In this document: piece after piece, positions 44,220 to 53,619 of the stretch
Position numbering within the stretch: the stretch's first letter is position 1
Layout: each line of letters starts with the position of its first letter
From: a bacterium
Lineage (GTDB): Bacteria; UBA10199; 2-02-FULL-44-16; JAAZCA01
DNA: 64,000 bases
Assembly: GCA_041648665.1 (NCBI GenBank)
Contig: JBAZOP010000003.1
Span: 69,082 to 133,081 of the forward strand
Direction: 5' to 3'
The notes under the pieces: model-generated
What the model was told of the DNA's origin: nothing
Seen by the model: only the letters and a program-made list of their open reading frames with translations
Databases searched by the model: none
Position numbers and translations under genes: made by a program

Positions 44220-44645
44220 TCACCACCACGGCTCGACTGGACGCCTTGGAATGACCCAATCGCCAACGTCGAGCCCGGAACACGCAGGATTCCCTCTGCT
44301 CGGGCGGGGGAATTTGTAGCGAGCCGTCCCGATCAAAAGCGCCGCTCCGACTCTACCCAAAAGGAAAGCCCCGATCAAGATTTCGCGCGTGGGAGCGTCC
44401 GGGCAGAATGCAAGCGTCTCTGTTTCCACGTCGGCCCCCGGGATACGAACGCGCAGAACCGTTGCTTGTCCGTCAATCCGCTTGCCGTCCGGGCCCCGTG
44501 GCATTCTCGGAGGCTCACAGAGCGTCGCTCCCGCTGCCCTTGCCGCCGACTTGGAGAGGAAGATGCCGCCCGTGAACCCGGTGTCCACAAGGGCATCGCG
44601 CGCGATCTTTCTCACCCAAGAAATCTCGATAGGGATTGTGATCAT
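44220..44645 (-). CDS. retropepsin-like aspartic protease (clan AA)
   Basis: ALVDTGFTGG (D-T-G motif) and the later ILIGAFLLGR. Confidence 0.55.
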   Translation of the reverse strand: MITIPIEISWVRKIARDALVDTGFTGGIFLSKSAARAAGATLCEPPRMPRGPDGKRIDGQATVLRVRIPGADVETETLAFCPDAPTREILIGAFLLGRVGAALLIGTARYKFPRPSRGNPACSGLDVGDWVIPRRPVEPWW

Positions 44646-44848
44646 CGTCCCACCTTCACGACCCACCCATCGGGCAACGTGTACTCGCTCGTTCCTGAGT
44701 CGAACCTCGTTCCCTTCGGCCACACGATCCTCACGCGCTTGTCGGGTTCGTCAGTCACCCCGCAGCCGTGGCTGATCAGCTCCCTGCGCTGCCCCCGCAG
44801 GTTGTCTGCAAGGATCGACGTTGACAGCACCTCGAAGACTTCGTTCAT
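44642..44848 (-). CDS. hypothetical protein (68 aa)
   Basis: ORF track entry. Confidence 0.45.
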   Translation of the reverse strand: MNEVFEVLSTSILADNLRGQRRELISHGCGVTDEPDKRVRIVWPKGTRFDSGTSEYTLPDGWVVKVGR

Positions 44849-45252
44849 CAGTTGAGCGCCTTTCCATCGGCTTCCGACGCAACGATCGTACCGTGCATGA
44901 CTCTGCCGATCTGCGCGTTGGCCCGCAGGCTGTCGAGCACGGCTCCCTGAAGCGTCTCGCGGAGCGCGGTGTCAGCGTGCTTCGAGATCATGACCATCAC
45001 CGGGTCGCCACGCACATCCACAACGGCCAGCGCCTCGTCTGGGAACCGGCCAGCGTCGAACTCCTCGATCGTCACCACCGGCTGGCGTCCCTGCGCAAAG
45101 ACGACAAGGATCGCCGGGTCCGGATCCCCGCTGGCCCGAAGCACCATGACCCGGCACTGGATCTGTTCGAGCACGCTCGCCAGATCGGTTGCCATCCCTT
45201 CCTTGCCTGAAAACATCGCTTTTATTTCTTCCTTGACGCCGCGTCTCGGCAT
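44848..45252 (-). CDS. hypothetical protein (~134 aa), first gene of the leftward operon
   Basis: The ATG at 45252 is preferred over the track's GTG at 45261. Confidence 0.5.
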   Translation of the reverse strand: MPRRGVKEEIKAMFSGKEGMATDLASVLEQIQCRVMVLRASGDPDPAILVVFAQGRQPVVTIEEFDAGRFPDEALAVVDVRGDPVMVMISKHADTALRETLQGAVLDSLRANAQIGRVMHGTIVASEADGKALN

Positions 45253-45261
45253 GTATATCAC
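45231..45261 (+). promoter_or_regulatory. rightward sigma70-like promoter (TTGACG-N15/17-TATATCAC) with an upstream AT-rich tract
   Basis: ttgacgccgcgtctcggcatgtatatcac, located immediately upstream of the RHH gene. Confidence 0.5.
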
Positions 45262-45292
45262 TGATGGTATGTCGCATCCCGGTGAAAGTCAA
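45262..45292 (-). promoter_or_regulatory. leftward sigma70-like promoter (TTGACT-N17-TACCAT), face-to-face with the rightward promoter
   Basis: Minus strand reads TTGACTttcaccgggatgcgacaTACCATcagtgatatacATG; the -10 elements of the two promoters lie ~10 bp apart. Confidence 0.5.
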
Positions 45293-45511
45293 CAGCTCAA
45301 AGGTCTCCAGATCGCTCTTCGTATCTCGCAGGAGATGGATGACGAACTTCTCCAGCTCGCGCAGCGATGGGAGCGCACGATGACGCTCGACACGCGCGTG
45401 GGCAAGACGACGATCGCGCGCGAGGCTCTCAAGCGGGGCATGAGGCTGATCGACGAGGAGCTTACGGCCATCGAGGCGAAGCAAGGGAAGAAGAAGGACG
45501 GCGGGCGATGA
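45269..45511 (+). CDS. ribbon-helix-helix (CopG/Arc-like) DNA-binding protein
   Basis: [38 protein letters not shown]...; a beta-strand followed by two helices, consistent with RHH. Confidence 0.5.
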   Translation: MSHPGESQQLKGLQIALRISQEMDDELLQLAQRWERTMTLDTRVGKTTIAREALKRGMRLIDEELTAIEAKQGKKKDGGR

Positions 45512-45681
45512 CCTACGAGTACGAGTGCGACGCCTGCGGACACGAGTGGGAGCAGGAACAGAAGATCACTGAGGAGCCGGTGAAGGTGTGCCCGAAGTGC
45601 GGGGAAGAGGCGGCGAAGCGGCTCGTGTCCAACGGCAACTTCGTGCTCAAGGGGAAGAACTGGGCGAGGGATGGGTACTGA
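45508..45681 (+). CDS. FmdB-family zinc-ribbon protein (57 aa)
   Basis: [18 protein letters not shown]...VCPKCGEE matches the FmdB signature. Confidence 0.6.
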   Translation: MTYEYECDACGHEWEQEQKITEEPVKVCPKCGEEAAKRLVSNGNFVLKGKNWARDGY

Positions 45682-45868
45682 CGCAAAGCCCACGTGGCTC
45701 CTCCGCGTCGAGATGCAGCACGCTGTCTTCGGTATCATCGTTGCGGCAGACGGCAGCGTGATGGAAGCCGCGCCCATCGCGAAGTGGTCGGTGGGTAAAC
45801 GAGGTCGGGAAGTCGTTCGGTACTTCAGGGAGCGGGGAGCGACGGTAACGGTGCATGGAGGGAAGTAG
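45671..45868 (+). CDS. hypothetical protein (65 aa)
   Basis: ORF track entry. Confidence 0.4.
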   Translation: MGTDAKPTWLLRVEMQHAVFGIIVAADGSVMEAAPIAKWSVGKRGREVVRYFRERGATVTVHGGK

Positions 45869-45871
45869 TCG

Positions 45872-46531
45872 ATGAGCGAGAAGCACGTAAAGATCGTCCG
45901 AGCAGTCCGGGACCAGCTCAAGGCCTACGGCGTCAACAAGGACGAGAGCCTGCGTGACGCTATCGATCGGCTCACGGCTGAGCACGCGCTCGCGACCGAT
46001 GAAGCGCGCACCTACAAGAGGCTCACGGAGGAGGCGCAGCAAGAAGCTGCCCTGGCCCGCAAGACGCGTGACGAGGCAGAGGCAACAGCGATCGTCGCGC
46101 TGGCGAAGGAGAGAGCTGCGACGTTCCAGAACCGCGCGCTGCGAGCGTTCCTTGATCTGGTCATCGAGCGCAGCGGCGCGCAGATCCAGAAGGACTACGC
46201 GGGGGCCCTGGCGGAGATCGATGCGCGGAGCAAGACCATCGCGAAGGAAGCGGGCACGACCCGGCTGGAAGACGACATCCGAGAAGTGGAAGCCCGACGC
46301 GTGACGGCGTTCGCTCAGTCGATGCAGGGGAAGTCGTTCGACACCTACGGGAATCCGCTACCAAACGGCGTGCTTTGTAGAAAGAGGGACTCGTATCTCG
46401 ACGACTGCCTCGCCCCGAACCCGAAACATCCTGGCGCGAATTGCCATCGTCCGAAGACGCACGGTGGCCAGCACCAGAACGGGGACGACGTGTGGGGCGA
46501 TGAACCTGAAAGCAGAAAGGCAGGTGCGTGA
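45872..46531 (+). CDS. hypothetical coiled-coil protein (219 aa)
   Basis: ORF track entry; protein-like translation. Confidence 0.55.
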   Translation: MSEKHVKIVRAVRDQLKAYGVNKDESLRDAIDRLTAEHALATDEARTYKRLTEEAQQEAALARKTRDEAEATAIVALAKERAATFQNRALRAFLDLVIERSGAQIQKDYAGALAEIDARSKTIAKEAGTTRLEDDIREVEARRVTAFAQSMQGKSFDTYGNPLPNGVLCRKRDSYLDDCLAPNPKHPGANCHRPKTHGGQHQNGDDVWGDEPESRKAGA

Positions 46532-46914
46532 TGCCCTGGTGCTACGCAACGTCCAGAGAAGCCGAAGCATGGAACGGAAACTTCGCGACGCGGGAAGAGG
46601 CGATCGAGGAGGGAACTCGCGAGTACGAGGGCGACGCTGATCATTTCTTCGTCGCGTGCGGCGAGTGTCCGGACCCGGCTGATGCCATGCCCCGAGCGCT
46701 CGACATCATCGAGATGATGGTGGAGTGTGCTGGCGACGAATGGGGCGAGATCGCGGAGGACTGGCCCGAAGTCTCTAAGGAAGAGGAGAAGGAACTGGAC
46801 GACATCCTGGAGGGATGGGCACGCAAACACTGCCGCATCTCGTTCTTCATGGTGGATGGCGACAAGGCAGAGGAGGTGCGCATCGCGAAGGCAGAGGAGC
46901 CGAAGCAACCGTGA
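46528..46914 (+). CDS. acidic hypothetical protein (128 aa)
   Basis: ORF track entry. Confidence 0.5.
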   Translation: MMPWCYATSREAEAWNGNFATREEAIEEGTREYEGDADHFFVACGECPDPADAMPRALDIIEMMVECAGDEWGEIAEDWPEVSKEEEKELDDILEGWARKHCRISFFMVDGDKAEEVRIAKAEEPKQP

Positions 46915-47114
46915 GCGCGCGGCAAGAGAGGATGGTCGAAGCCAGACAGCGCCTCGATGACGCGATCGGCGCGCTCTCCGACCTGTACGAGTACGGCCAC
47001 CTGCTCGCCCAGACCGAGCCCGACAAGCTCCTGATGCTGGCTGTTGAGGAGATCCGAAAGGCGCGGGACGAGAAGCGCAACGAGAAGAAAGGCACGCGAA
47101 CACATGGACGATGA
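46911..47114 (+). CDS. small hypothetical protein (~67 aa)
   Basis: GTG start overlapping the previous stop. Confidence 0.4.
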   Translation: MSARQERMVEARQRLDDAIGALSDLYEYGHLLAQTEPDKLLMLAVEEIRKARDEKRNEKKGTRTHGR

Positions 47115-47685
47115 TGCTGCCAACAAGACTCCGGAGCCCGCTCCGTTCGTCTGCCCATACCACAGGCCGTCTCCACCCTGGACATGGCGCGACACCGTAG
47201 GGGTGCTGCTCCTGATTGCCGCTGCGACCGTGCTCACCATCGGCATGTATCACGTCGAAAAGCTGAGCGAGCACTACTGGATCATGTCGGCCTACCTCAC
47301 GAAGCCCATAACGCTGTACTCTTACCGTGGACATCGTGAGTGGGTAGATCGGGATCGGATCGAGAAGTCCGACGCGGACGACTACGGCCAAGCGTACAGG
47401 GAGGGGTACCACGACGGCAAGGGCATGTGCGTGGCCGCGTACAAGAGGACGAAGAGCCCAACTGCGCTCTGGGTCTCGACGGGTTGCATCGACGCCTGCG
47501 CTGCCATGCGCAAGGCGGGGGCTCACGACATGAGTGCACAGACGCCCGGACATGCCTGCGAGTTCTTCTGCGAGGCGGGCAACGAGCGGGGCTACGACGA
47601 TCCGTGGCCGGTTGCGTGCTTCCAGCGGGCGAAGTCGCAGCAGGATGTCCACGACTGCTGGATCGGGGCGGAGAAGAAACAATGA
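47104..47685 (+). CDS. membrane-anchored Cys-rich protein (~193 aa)
   Basis: TM helix VGVLLLIAAATVLTIG followed by a Cys/His-rich domain. Confidence 0.55.
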   Translation: MDDDAANKTPEPAPFVCPYHRPSPPWTWRDTVGVLLLIAAATVLTIGMYHVEKLSEHYWIMSAYLTKPITLYSYRGHREWVDRDRIEKSDADDYGQAYREGYHDGKGMCVAAYKRTKSPTALWVSTGCIDACAAMRKAGAHDMSAQTPGHACEFFCEAGNERGYDDPWPVACFQRAKSQQDVHDCWIGAEKKQ

Positions 47686-47918
47686 CCAGGATGGCTCACC
47701 ACGAAGAGTGTGGCATCTGCCACAGCGACCACATGTGCGAGCACAGGCTTCCGAAAGTCGAACCTCGCCCTCCGAGCATCTGCCCCCTGTGCGGAGAGCC
47801 GATCAACCCGCTCGACGAGATCGAGACCGATCGGGACCGCCTGATGAGGGCAGCGCCCGGCTGCACCACCGATGGGTGGATCGCTCACAAGAGCTGTGTC
47901 ACCAAGGCGGGCACGTGA
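47682..47918 (+). CDS. zinc-ribbon protein (~78 aa)
   Basis: CGICH...CPLCG motifs. Confidence 0.45.
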   Translation: MTRMAHHEECGICHSDHMCEHRLPKVEPRPPSICPLCGEPINPLDEIETDRDRLMRAAPGCTTDGWIAHKSCVTKAGT

Positions 47919-48760
47919 CCACCCCCAAGACAACGTGCGGGACATGCGGCGGTGACTACCCAGTCGGCTCGACATGTCCTAGCTGCGGTCCCCACAACCC
48001 CGGAGCGGCGCTGTTGGGCGCTCTCCGCGGGCACGGCAGTGGCTTGGCACCCGATCCGTTCGAGCAGGCCGAAGCGTGCCCGTACTGCGACATCAAGGAC
48101 CAAGTGATCAAGGCTGCTGGCGAGCAGATCGAGGCTCTCGAACAGAAGCTCGCTGACGCCGCTGCTGATCGCGACAGGAACGCATCGTCCGTCGAGACAC
48201 TGATCCGCGAGATTGGCTACAACCGCGTGCTACCGTATGGAGATGTGGGCGCTGCCGTCGAGTACGCCCGCGGGCTGCACGCGAGGATCGCATCCGACGC
48301 AAGCGACAACGCCAGATTGTGCAATGCCCTCAACCGGGACAAGACCGGGCTGGCGCAGGCGCTCGTGGATGTCCTGACTGAAGCCAGGGGTCGTCGCTGG
48401 CTCGGGCCAGAAGGCGGGTGGGGCTCGTACGAGTGGCAGGAGCACACGACGGACACGCTGCGCAAGGAGATCGAGTGGGCCCTGGACGCCATCGAGACGA
48501 TCGCGAAGAAGGCGCTCGCCACGTCGGGCGCGCTCGCGACGGAGACGCTTCGGCTCACAGCAGAAAAAGCCCGCGCGATGTGCAGAACGGCGGTAGACAT
48601 ACCCAGCCGCTACGGCATGATCGAAGGCGCGCACCATAAGCAGTGGGTCATCGACCAGATGCTTCGGAAGATGCTCGGAGAAGCGGGCTACGCTACTTGG
48701 GTAGCGGGGATGAACGCGGACCCCGACTTCGCACCGTGGGACACGGGGATCGCGCCATGA
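47915..48760 (+). CDS. zinc-ribbon/coiled-coil protein (~281 aa)
   Basis: GTG start; CGTCG...CPSCG...CPYCD motifs. Confidence 0.55.
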   Translation: MTTPKTTCGTCGGDYPVGSTCPSCGPHNPGAALLGALRGHGSGLAPDPFEQAEACPYCDIKDQVIKAAGEQIEALEQKLADAAADRDRNASSVETLIREIGYNRVLPYGDVGAAVEYARGLHARIASDASDNARLCNALNRDKTGLAQALVDVLTEARGRRWLGPEGGWGSYEWQEHTTDTLRKEIEWALDAIETIAKKALATSGALATETLRLTAEKARAMCRTAVDIPSRYGMIEGAHHKQWVIDQMLRKMLGEAGYATWVAGMNADPDFAPWDTGIAP

Positions 48761-49014
48761 AGGCCCTCTGCCCCTGTGGCCGCATCGCCACGTGGTTCTA
48801 CATGCTCTGCACACCCGCTCCGGTCGTGTACTGCGATGCCTGCGTGCCCCGCAACTGCGCCTGCGGCGTCTGCCAGCAGTTCGGAGAAGAGCGTGACGAG
48901 CAGGGGCGCTTGACGCCCTGCATTTGGTGGGCCGAAGAGCCGCATGGAGTGGATGATAGCGAGCCCGGGTGGATCGCACACGATCAGCCGTTCGAGCAAC
49001 CGGAGGCGACGTGA
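48757..49014 (+). CDS. Cys-rich protein (~85 aa)
   Basis: CPCG...CDACVPRNCACGVC motifs. Confidence 0.45.
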   Translation: MKALCPCGRIATWFYMLCTPAPVVYCDACVPRNCACGVCQQFGEERDEQGRLTPCIWWAEEPHGVDDSEPGWIAHDQPFEQPEAT

Positions 49015-49445
49015 AAAAGCTCAAGGTGCTCCCACCCATGACGTGCGATCCCGGCTGCGGGGACTGCTGCGGTATCGTCCCGGTGACCGAGACCGAGTTC
49101 CAGCGGGTCGCTCGATACGCCCGCGAGCACGCCGTCGAGCCGCTGCGGCAAAGGATCACCTGCCCCTGGTTCCAGCAGGGCAGCTGCGCGGTCTACCCGG
49201 CGAGACCCCTGCCATGCCGCCTGTTCGGGCACACCCCGGGGCTGGCGTGTCCGAGAGGGCACAGCGCGTTCGTGTGGGAGCGCGAGATTCAGCGCATGAT
49301 GCGAGCGAACGGAAAGCCCGTAAAGCTGCTGCACGACGTGTTCCCCGACTTCAGGAATGGGATGGCGCTCGACATGTTTATCGATCAGATCCAGCAGGCC
49401 GCGCAGTTGTACGCTCGCGACATGAAGTTCGCGGGAGGGGTGTGA
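49011..49445 (+). CDS. YkgJ-family Cys-cluster protein
   Basis: CDPGCGDCCG, with later CPWF...C...C motifs. Confidence 0.55.
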   Translation: MKKLKVLPPMTCDPGCGDCCGIVPVTETEFQRVARYAREHAVEPLRQRITCPWFQQGSCAVYPARPLPCRLFGHTPGLACPRGHSAFVWEREIQRMMRANGKPVKLLHDVFPDFRNGMALDMFIDQIQQAAQLYARDMKFAGGV

Positions 49446-49447
49446 GT

Positions 49448-49723
49448 ATGAGTAGGGACGAAGAACCGAACATCATGTTGCCGGATGAAACGCAGCGCAT
49501 ATCGGACCTGCACAACGAGGCCTTGGCTGACCTGAGCATCGCGCTCGACATACTCGAAGATGAGCAGTGGGACGGGGACACGGCTGCGCTACCGGACGAA
49601 CGCGACAGGGGCTGCGCGACGTGCAAGAACTCGGAGGTGGATGGAGCGCACAAGTGCGATTGTGCCAAAGCCCTGCTGCTGCGCAAGTACGGGCGGAAGG
49701 TCAAGATCCAGGGGGATCCTTGA
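49448..49723 (+). CDS. hypothetical protein (~91 aa)
   Basis: CATCK...CDCAK motifs. Confidence 0.45.
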   Translation: MSRDEEPNIMLPDETQRISDLHNEALADLSIALDILEDEQWDGDTAALPDERDRGCATCKNSEVDGAHKCDCAKALLLRKYGRKVKIQGDP

Positions 49724-49863
49724 GGCTCAACTGGCACCGTCCCCGAGGCCACCCGATGCCCTTCCGACAGCGCTTCGCTCGTCCACAACCCCTGCGGTGC
49801 CGCTCCCTGCCGAGGCCGTCTGTGCCGCCTGCATGCGCCCGTAGCGCCGAGTCGCTGGCCTGC

Positions 49864-50082
49864 GTGAGAAGGACGAGGCTTGAGATCGCCGTCCAGCAGT
49901 TCGAGCAGATCGCGAAGCGCATCCAGATCGAGAACAGCGACACCGGAACCACAGCGTACGGCATCCGGATCGACCGGGGCCTGCTCTCGGTGCGCGTGTT
50001 CGTGAACGGCGAGCTTCGCGAGGTGATTGACCTACCAACCAGGGACGAGTACCCTACGATGTCGTACGGGAACCGCGTCTGA
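49864..50082 (+). CDS. small hypothetical protein (start uncertain, GTG/TTG)
   Basis: Only the tail of ORF 49567..50082 is protein-like. Confidence 0.3.
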   Translation: MRRTRLEIAVQQFEQIAKRIQIENSDTGTTAYGIRIDRGLLSVRVFVNGELREVIDLPTRDEYPTMSYGNRV

Positions 50083-50110
50083 CCCCACTCGCTGATAAGG
50101 AGCTGGCAAC

Positions 50111-50740
50111 ATGGATCTGGCCTCTATTGAGCAACTCGCAAATACCATCGCTTCCATCCCTGATACGCGGCCCGACTGGATGAAAAACGTGTGCATGGGA
50201 AATGAGGGCTGGCTATATTACAGATTCTTCCACGAGTTCATTCAAAGGCATGGGCCAGCGCGTGTTGTAGATATTGGGACTCACATGGCAGGTTCTGCTG
50301 TACACCTCGCCTGCGGCAACCCGCAGGGCCACGTCTACACAATGGACCCGGACCCGAACTCAAAGAACTGCGTCGCGCTTCTTCCGGTGAAGAACATCAC
50401 GGCGTTCACGGGTACTTCCATGGCTCTGGCGGATCAAATCCGCCGGTTCGGGCCGTTCGACATCGCTGTCATCGACGGCGAACACCACATCAATCACATG
50501 TACCCAGAATACGTGTGCTACCGAAGCATGGTGAAAGACGGAGGGCTCATCTTCTTCGACGACGTGAACTATGACCAGTTCCCCAGCATGCGTATTGCCT
50601 GGGATCTCATCCCGGACCCCAAAGCGCTGCTACCTACGCTGCACTTCTCTGGGTTCGGCGTCTGCAAGGTAGACCACAGCATCCACGCCCTGGAGCTTCG
50701 GGCCGCTCTGCGGCAGAGAGAGCGAAGAGCTACGGCTTGA
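50111..50740 (+). CDS. class I SAM-dependent O-methyltransferase (TylF/MycF-like)
   Basis: Rossmann GxG (VVDIGTHMAGSAVHLA) and IDGEHH motifs. Confidence 0.7.
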   Translation: MDLASIEQLANTIASIPDTRPDWMKNVCMGNEGWLYYRFFHEFIQRHGPARVVDIGTHMAGSAVHLACGNPQGHVYTMDPDPNSKNCVALLPVKNITAFTGTSMALADQIRRFGPFDIAVIDGEHHINHMYPEYVCYRSMVKDGGLIFFDDVNYDQFPSMRIAWDLIPDPKALLPTLHFSGFGVCKVDHSIHALELRAALRQRERRATA

Positions 50741-51218
50741 TCGCCTCGAAGAATGAGTCGAGACCTTCGATGCGGTTGTCCACGATGACGTAGGACTTCC
50801 TACCGTTCTCGATCATCCACTCCCCGAACAGCACCTTGTACGCGTCGTGCGAGAAGCGCCAGCAGTCGGTCGGATACGCATGGTACCCCCATGCCCAGGC
50901 GGCGCTGATGCACAGTAGCCCACTCGGGCGAAGCACGCGATCCATCTCAAGCACGAGCTTCCATGGCATAGAGACGTGTTCCAGGCTGTTCGCTGAAACC
51001 ACTGCATCCACGCTTGCGTCGGCCAGCGGGATCTTGAATGGTTCCTTCTCGACGATGTCTACGTTCGGACCTTTCTCGATGTCGAACCCGATGTACTTCG
51101 GGCCAAACAGCCCGCGCAGGTTCCCATTTACGTCGTAGGCTCCAACATCCAGGACCACCGCATGCTTCGGCACCTTCTTCGCGAACTCCGCTAGTCTATT
51201 GTAGCTCTGTGCGTGCAT
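50730..51218 (-). CDS. SAM-dependent methyltransferase (Methyltransf_11-like)
   Basis: VLDVGAYDVNG and VDAVVSANSLEHV motifs. Confidence 0.7.
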   Translation of the reverse strand: MHAQSYNRLAEFAKKVPKHAVVLDVGAYDVNGNLRGLFGPKYIGFDIEKGPNVDIVEKEPFKIPLADASVDAVVSANSLEHVSMPWKLVLEMDRVLRPSGLLCISAAWAWGYHAYPTDCWRFSHDAYKVLFGEWMIENGRKSYVIVDNRIEGLDSFFEAIKP

Positions 51219-52011
51219 TTTCGTTCTCCCGTTTCAAAAAACCAGTTGGGTTCCATGTAACACAGAACCGCTCCCGATCCCTGTCGCTTGCAAACTTTTT
51301 GTTTTCGGCCAGAAATGCCGCGACCGCCTCATAGGGGCCAGGAGAATGGCCGACGTTCAACCCGTGATGGCAAATCGTATCTTCCACGATCAGATAGCTG
51401 CCGCACGTTACCACGTCTCCATAGGTTCGCATCACGCTCAGCGTGTGTTCATACGTGTGCGCCGTGTCCTCAATCACGAGAACCGTCTCCGCTCCGCTGC
51501 ACAGTTTCTTCACATCTCCGAATCTCGCGATGACATCCCCCTGCACCAGCTTGATTCTAGGGTGCCTCGGAACCGTCTCGTGCAGCATCGCGAAGCTCTT
51601 GTCCACACCTACGACGAAGCCCTTCCCGATGCTCTGGCACGTGTCAGCAAGCCACAGTGTTGCCCCGCCCCTGGATACACCCAGCTCGACGACAGCGTTT
51701 GGCCGAAGCTCGTACATGATCTCTCGATACGTCCACAAGTCGAACGGGTTCTTGAGTGCCACGACTCCATTGTACGCCATGAGACCGGACATCAGGCGCT
51801 CCTGGACTTTAGCGAGAGCGTCGCGTACCTTCGCCTTCTGCATCCCTCGCAGGAGCTTCAGCATATCCTTTGCGCACGCCATGACCCACATGTCAGCAGG
51901 CACGCCCACCGACTTCAGTGGCCACGGATGGCGCGGTGTGAACAACTCTGCCTCGACAATCGGTAAAATCTCCGACACTGGCCTATCAAGCATGGCTTCC
52001 ATGATTGGCAT
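51196..52011 (-). CDS. CmcI/cephalosporin-hydroxylase-family methyltransferase
   Basis: VVELGVSRGGATLWLA...VLVIEDTAHT resembles Methyltransf_24. Confidence 0.65.
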   Translation of the reverse strand: MPIMEAMLDRPVSEILPIVEAELFTPRHPWPLKSVGVPADMWVMACAKDMLKLLRGMQKAKVRDALAKVQERLMSGLMAYNGVVALKNPFDLWTYREIMYELRPNAVVELGVSRGGATLWLADTCQSIGKGFVVGVDKSFAMLHETVPRHPRIKLVQGDVIARFGDVKKLCSGAETVLVIEDTAHTYEHTLSVMRTYGDVVTCGSYLIVEDTICHHGLNVGHSPGPYEAVAAFLAENKKFASDRDRERFCVTWNPTGFLKRENENARTELQ

Positions 52012-52014
52012 GAT

Positions 52015-52752
52015 TCAACCCTTGAAATACGGGCTCGCTGGCGGAGCCCTGTGCCCATACGCGGAGACCTCCCCGATGTGCTTGCACATGCAGGGGTGAG
52101 CGTTGAAGATTGGGATCTTGTGCAGCGCACAGGCTCGGTTGATGCCCATATCCGCGTACCAGTCCAGTGCCCCGCCATAGACCGGCAACAGCATCTTCTC
52201 GCTAATCGTCATGGCAAATTGCGACGCGACAGCAGCAGGCATGCACAGACCATGGTTGGCGTAAAAAGCAGTCGGGTACTTCCACTTCATCAGGAGATCC
52301 TCTCCGAAGCCGGTGGCATCCACCCGATCAAAGTCTTCCAGTCGATACAAGTGATGCAGAGTTATCATCCACTTGTCGCACTTGCCCGACACGACGCGCA
52401 CAAGCGCTTCCACTCGCTTGTACCAATCGCGAGCCAAAATCACGTCATCCTCGAATACGCACCCTGGCTCACCTGTCTCCGCGATCCACTTCAGAGCCCG
52501 CACCAAATTCAGGGTCAGCCTGATGCCTCCATGCGTCGCGTCCGCGAGTTCGATTGGAGGGGTCACGTGGACATACGTGCCTTCCGGGACTGATGGTACG
52601 ATATGATGATCGACGAATACCCCCATGTTCGTGGCCTGAAAAGTCGGATCTTTCTCGACCATCTCGCGCAGCGTCTGCTCGCAATATCCATACCCGATCC
52701 CTATTCTAGGAGCCGTGGTGGTTGCTGCGCGCATCATGATCTTTGTCTCCAC
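52015..52752 (-). CDS. glycosyltransferase (GT25-like, tentative)
   Basis: 245 aa; loose resemblance to LOS glycosyltransferases. Confidence 0.45.
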   Translation of the reverse strand: METKIMMRAATTTAPRIGIGYGYCEQTLREMVEKDPTFQATNMGVFVDHHIVPSVPEGTYVHVTPPIELADATHGGIRLTLNLVRALKWIAETGEPGCVFEDDVILARDWYKRVEALVRVVSGKCDKWMITLHHLYRLEDFDRVDATGFGEDLLMKWKYPTAFYANHGLCMPAAVASQFAMTISEKMLLPVYGGALDWYADMGINRACALHKIPIFNAHPCMCKHIGEVSAYGHRAPPASPYFKG

Positions 52753-52764
52753 GGATACCGCCTG

Positions 52765-53619
52765 TTACCACACGGTTTGCACCATCGGGTGATGTAGTAG
52801 ATGTTCTCGGCTCAGTGCCTGCTCGACGTATTCTCGATACCTACCCACGTCGCGACTGACGCGCCGACCGAACCGCTTTGGCCCATCCATGTGCAGAATC
52901 ACCTTCCCAGGCGTGTCTGACATCAGGCTGTACTTTTCCGGATCCAGTTGCACAGGAGAAATGTCCGCTTCCATCGCTGCGCAGTTCATCGGAGTATTCT
53001 CAGGAAGGATCGCCAAGGCTCGCGCGTTCGGATGCGCAATACCGAACTCCGACGTGCGCTGAAACATCTGGATCACCTTCTCACACCGTCGCACAAACAA
53101 GAATGCTGCCCCGAAGTACGGCCTCCTGTTCAGTGCGTCCTGTTCTGGCAAGTTGAAGAAACTCTTCAATTCTGCACCCGAATCGGGGCAGATGTCCAGA
53201 CGACTGCCAAGATCGCTTCTGCATCTGGCATGGTCGTGCCTAAGCTCTACCGTGCTTGAATGCACCTGCATGTACGAGGAGTTGTCCACTACGGCTGCCA
53301 GCCCGGTCCTGTGAGACTCCTTGATCCCTTCATGCAGCGAAGCAAGTGGCACGGTGTCCGCGTCGAGAAGCACGACCTCCCTGTCGCCTGCGCAGCTGAG
53401 TAGGTGCAACCACGATCTGGGCTTGCGAATGTAGTGCTGCGGATACTCGTCATCCACAGGGCGGTGCTCTATCCAGTCCGGGAAGTCTCTGGCATACTTC
53501 TGGGGGCTGTAGACGATCACCGTCATATCAGGATCTGCGCGTCTCGCGCAGCATGCGCTTATCAGCGCCATGCCGACGTAGATCCCGTCCGCGTAGTACG
53601 CAAGGATCGTCTGGCTCAC
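52765..53619 (-). CDS. nucleotide-sugar glycosyltransferase (DxD type)
   Basis: VVLLDADTV DxD motif; GTG start with GTGA overlap. Confidence 0.5.
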   Translation of the reverse strand: MSQTILAYYADGIYVGMALISACCARRADPDMTVIVYSPQKYARDFPDWIEHRPVDDEYPQHYIRKPRSWLHLLSCAGDREVVLLDADTVPLASLHEGIKESHRTGLAAVVDNSSYMQVHSSTVELRHDHARCRSDLGSRLDICPDSGAELKSFFNLPEQDALNRRPYFGAAFLFVRRCEKVIQMFQRTSEFGIAHPNARALAILPENTPMNCAAMEADISPVQLDPEKYSLMSDTPGKVILHMDGPKRFGRRVSRDVGRYREYVEQALSREHLLHHPMVQTVW

